Shown here: positions 62,382 to 64,000 of the stretch, piece after piece
Numbering within the stretch: the first letter of the stretch is position 1
Layout: each line of letters begins with the position of its first letter
Assembly (NCBI GenBank): GCA_028534125.1
Contig: CM052816.1
Location: forward strand, 51,214,001 to 51,278,000
Direction of reading: 5' to 3'
Length of the DNA: 64,000 nucleotides
Source of the DNA: Lama glama
Taxonomy: Eukaryota
The notes under the pieces: generated by a model
What the model saw: the letters and a program-made list of their open reading frames with translations, nothing else
Databases searched by the model: none
What the model was told of the DNA's origin: nothing
Made by a program: the position numbers and the translations under genes

Positions 62382-62825
62382 TGTACTGAGTTGAATAGTA
62401 CCCACCCAAAATTCATGTACATCTAGAACCTTGTTTGTGACACTACTGGAAACAGGGTCTGTGAAAATGTAATCAATAAAGACGAAATCATAGGGCAGAC
62501 CCTAAATCCAATATGACTGGTGTCCTTATAAGAAGAAGGAAATTCAGCTAGGGAGGCAGACACTCAGGAGAGAAGACCGTAGGAAGAAAGAGGCGAAGAT
62601 TACAGCAGCACATCTACAAGCCAAAGAAAGCCAAGGATTGCCATCAACTACCAGAAGCTAGAAAAGGCAAGGAAAGACTCTTTTCTAGAGCCTATGGAAG
62701 GAGCATGGCTCTGAAGACATCTTGATTTCTGACTTTCAACCTCCAGAACTGTGAGAGAATAAATTTCTGTGTTTTAAGCCACCCAGTTTGTGGTACTTTG
62801 TTATGGCAGCCCTAGGAAACATACA
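62382..62825 (+). mobile_element. MLT1C/B MaLR solo LTR
   Basis: tgtactgagttgaatagta..ccctaaatccaatatgactggtgtccttataagaag..ctccagaactgtgagagaataaatttctg..gttatggcagccctaggaaac.ataca. Confidence 0.92.
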
Positions 62826-63227
62826 GAAGCTGTTTTCTGAGAAATCTGGTGGCACCTTTATAACACCTCTTAGTTAGCTGGGCTGTCATCCTGCCAGCAC
62901 TCACACAGGGGCCCTGTTGATAGGTCACGATCAGCAGTAGTTCTGATTGGCTGCAGCCAATTCACTCCGAGCCACTACATAGGTTGTCAAATATTTTTAA
63001 TATCCTTCCTGCCTGTCAGTTAAGCTATTAAGTATCCAATACTATCATCTTTTATTATTTCACTGAGGTTCTGCATTTTATAGATGGAATTATTGTTTTA
63101 AATTCTAGCTCTACACCATCCAACCACAAAGCACAACCTCCATGGCCTTCTACCACTAAAATCTTTGTATTTAGGCAACATAAATGATTTTTAATATTGG
63201 CTTAGATGGAGAAGGATATATATAGAG

Positions 63228-63762
63228 ACTGTTGTTGTTATTGGCTTTTACATTAAGTATCCATTCCTTCTTCTTATGGAACAACAGCCAATTTTCCTCT
63301 AAAGACTCATTCCCTTCTCCCCTGTCAATGTGGACATGGTCTCCCAACTCCCCAGATGATCAGTGGACTCTGATCTGGCCAATTAGGGCACCAGTCCTGC
63401 TGGCCTCAGGGACTCAGGAAGGCAAATAATTCAATCAGAGCCAATGAGAAGTGACTGAGGACTCTGGTTAGGGGAGCAGGATAGAGGCTATTCCTTTTCC
63501 ACTAGATTTGAATCAGAAAGATAAAACCCTGGCAGTGTTGGCAGCATCATGTAATTAAATGGAGCCTGAGAATAAAGCCAATGCAGAGGAAAGCAAGGCC
63601 ATAAGATGCAGAGAGACATGATTCTGATTAAACTATTTACACCAACCATACCTGAAGCTAGCTCTACCCTCAAATTTTTCAATTACATAGCTGCAAAAAG
63701 CCCCTTCTTTCACACAATTTGAGTTGGGTTTTCTATCACTTGCAACCAAAATAATCCTTCTA
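63228..63762 (+). mobile_element. Old MaLR LTR (MLT1K-like)
   Basis: agagccaatgaga..gagaataaagccaatgcagaggaaagc..ccatacctgaagctag..tttgagttgggttttctatcacttgcaacc. Confidence 0.8.
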
Positions 63763-64000
63763 TAAAATGACATATATTGTGTTTATTAATCTAAAATGAG
63801 ATTTTTCTACTGTATTATATTATCACTCACATTATGATAATCAAAGTTAATCATATAAAAGATCTACCAAATACAATAAAACCGTAATAGTATGTGTTTC
63901 TGAGAAGAAATACTGGCAGTCTGCAATTTAAAAATAACCTAGCAATAGAGGGAAAAAAAAAAAACAACTCAGGATATTCAGAGAACAGTTAGAGCTAAAC

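Larger units (their letters stand above)
61163..64000 (-). other. ATG10: 3' part of the ATG10 intron upstream of the 108-nt exon
   Basis: Ends in tttcttatgtattctttggtgttggaacacAG on the minus strand and contains only repeats. Confidence 0.85.

Noticed and set aside
1..64000. A novel multi-gene or prokaryotic-type system
   Set aside because: There are no long ORFs, operons or arrays; the window is explained by one ATG10 exon plus intronic repeats.

Overview
Mammalian genomic DNA, most likely from a camelid (alpaca, llama or camel), judging by two Vic-1-type tRNA-derived SINEs and no recognisable Alu, Bov-tA or PRE-1. The window lies inside ATG10, which is transcribed on the minus strand. The only convincing coding sequence is one 108-nt, phase-0/phase-0 ATG10 exon at 61055-61162 (DSSDGYMCKTHLQIKSGTTVSHPGTSALVQTCLPME). 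The rest is intron filled with L1, L2, L3/CR1, MIR, MaLR/ERVL/ERV1 LTRs and hAT-Charlie MITEs, plus a 500-N assembly gap. Most ORF-track entries are spurious or L1 remnants. I found no evidence of a novel multi-gene system. The most interesting unexplained structures are a 345-bp tailless, GC-richer insertion flanked by a perfect 19-bp direct repeat with a terminal hairpin (26651-27033), a candidate ATG10 poison exon (55308-55450), a tail-only retrotransposition footprint (34040-34081), a doubly truncated young L1 fragment, a strong CTCF motif and several candidate enhancer clusters. Repeat family names and most repeat boundaries come from recalled consensus sequences read by eye and are approximate.
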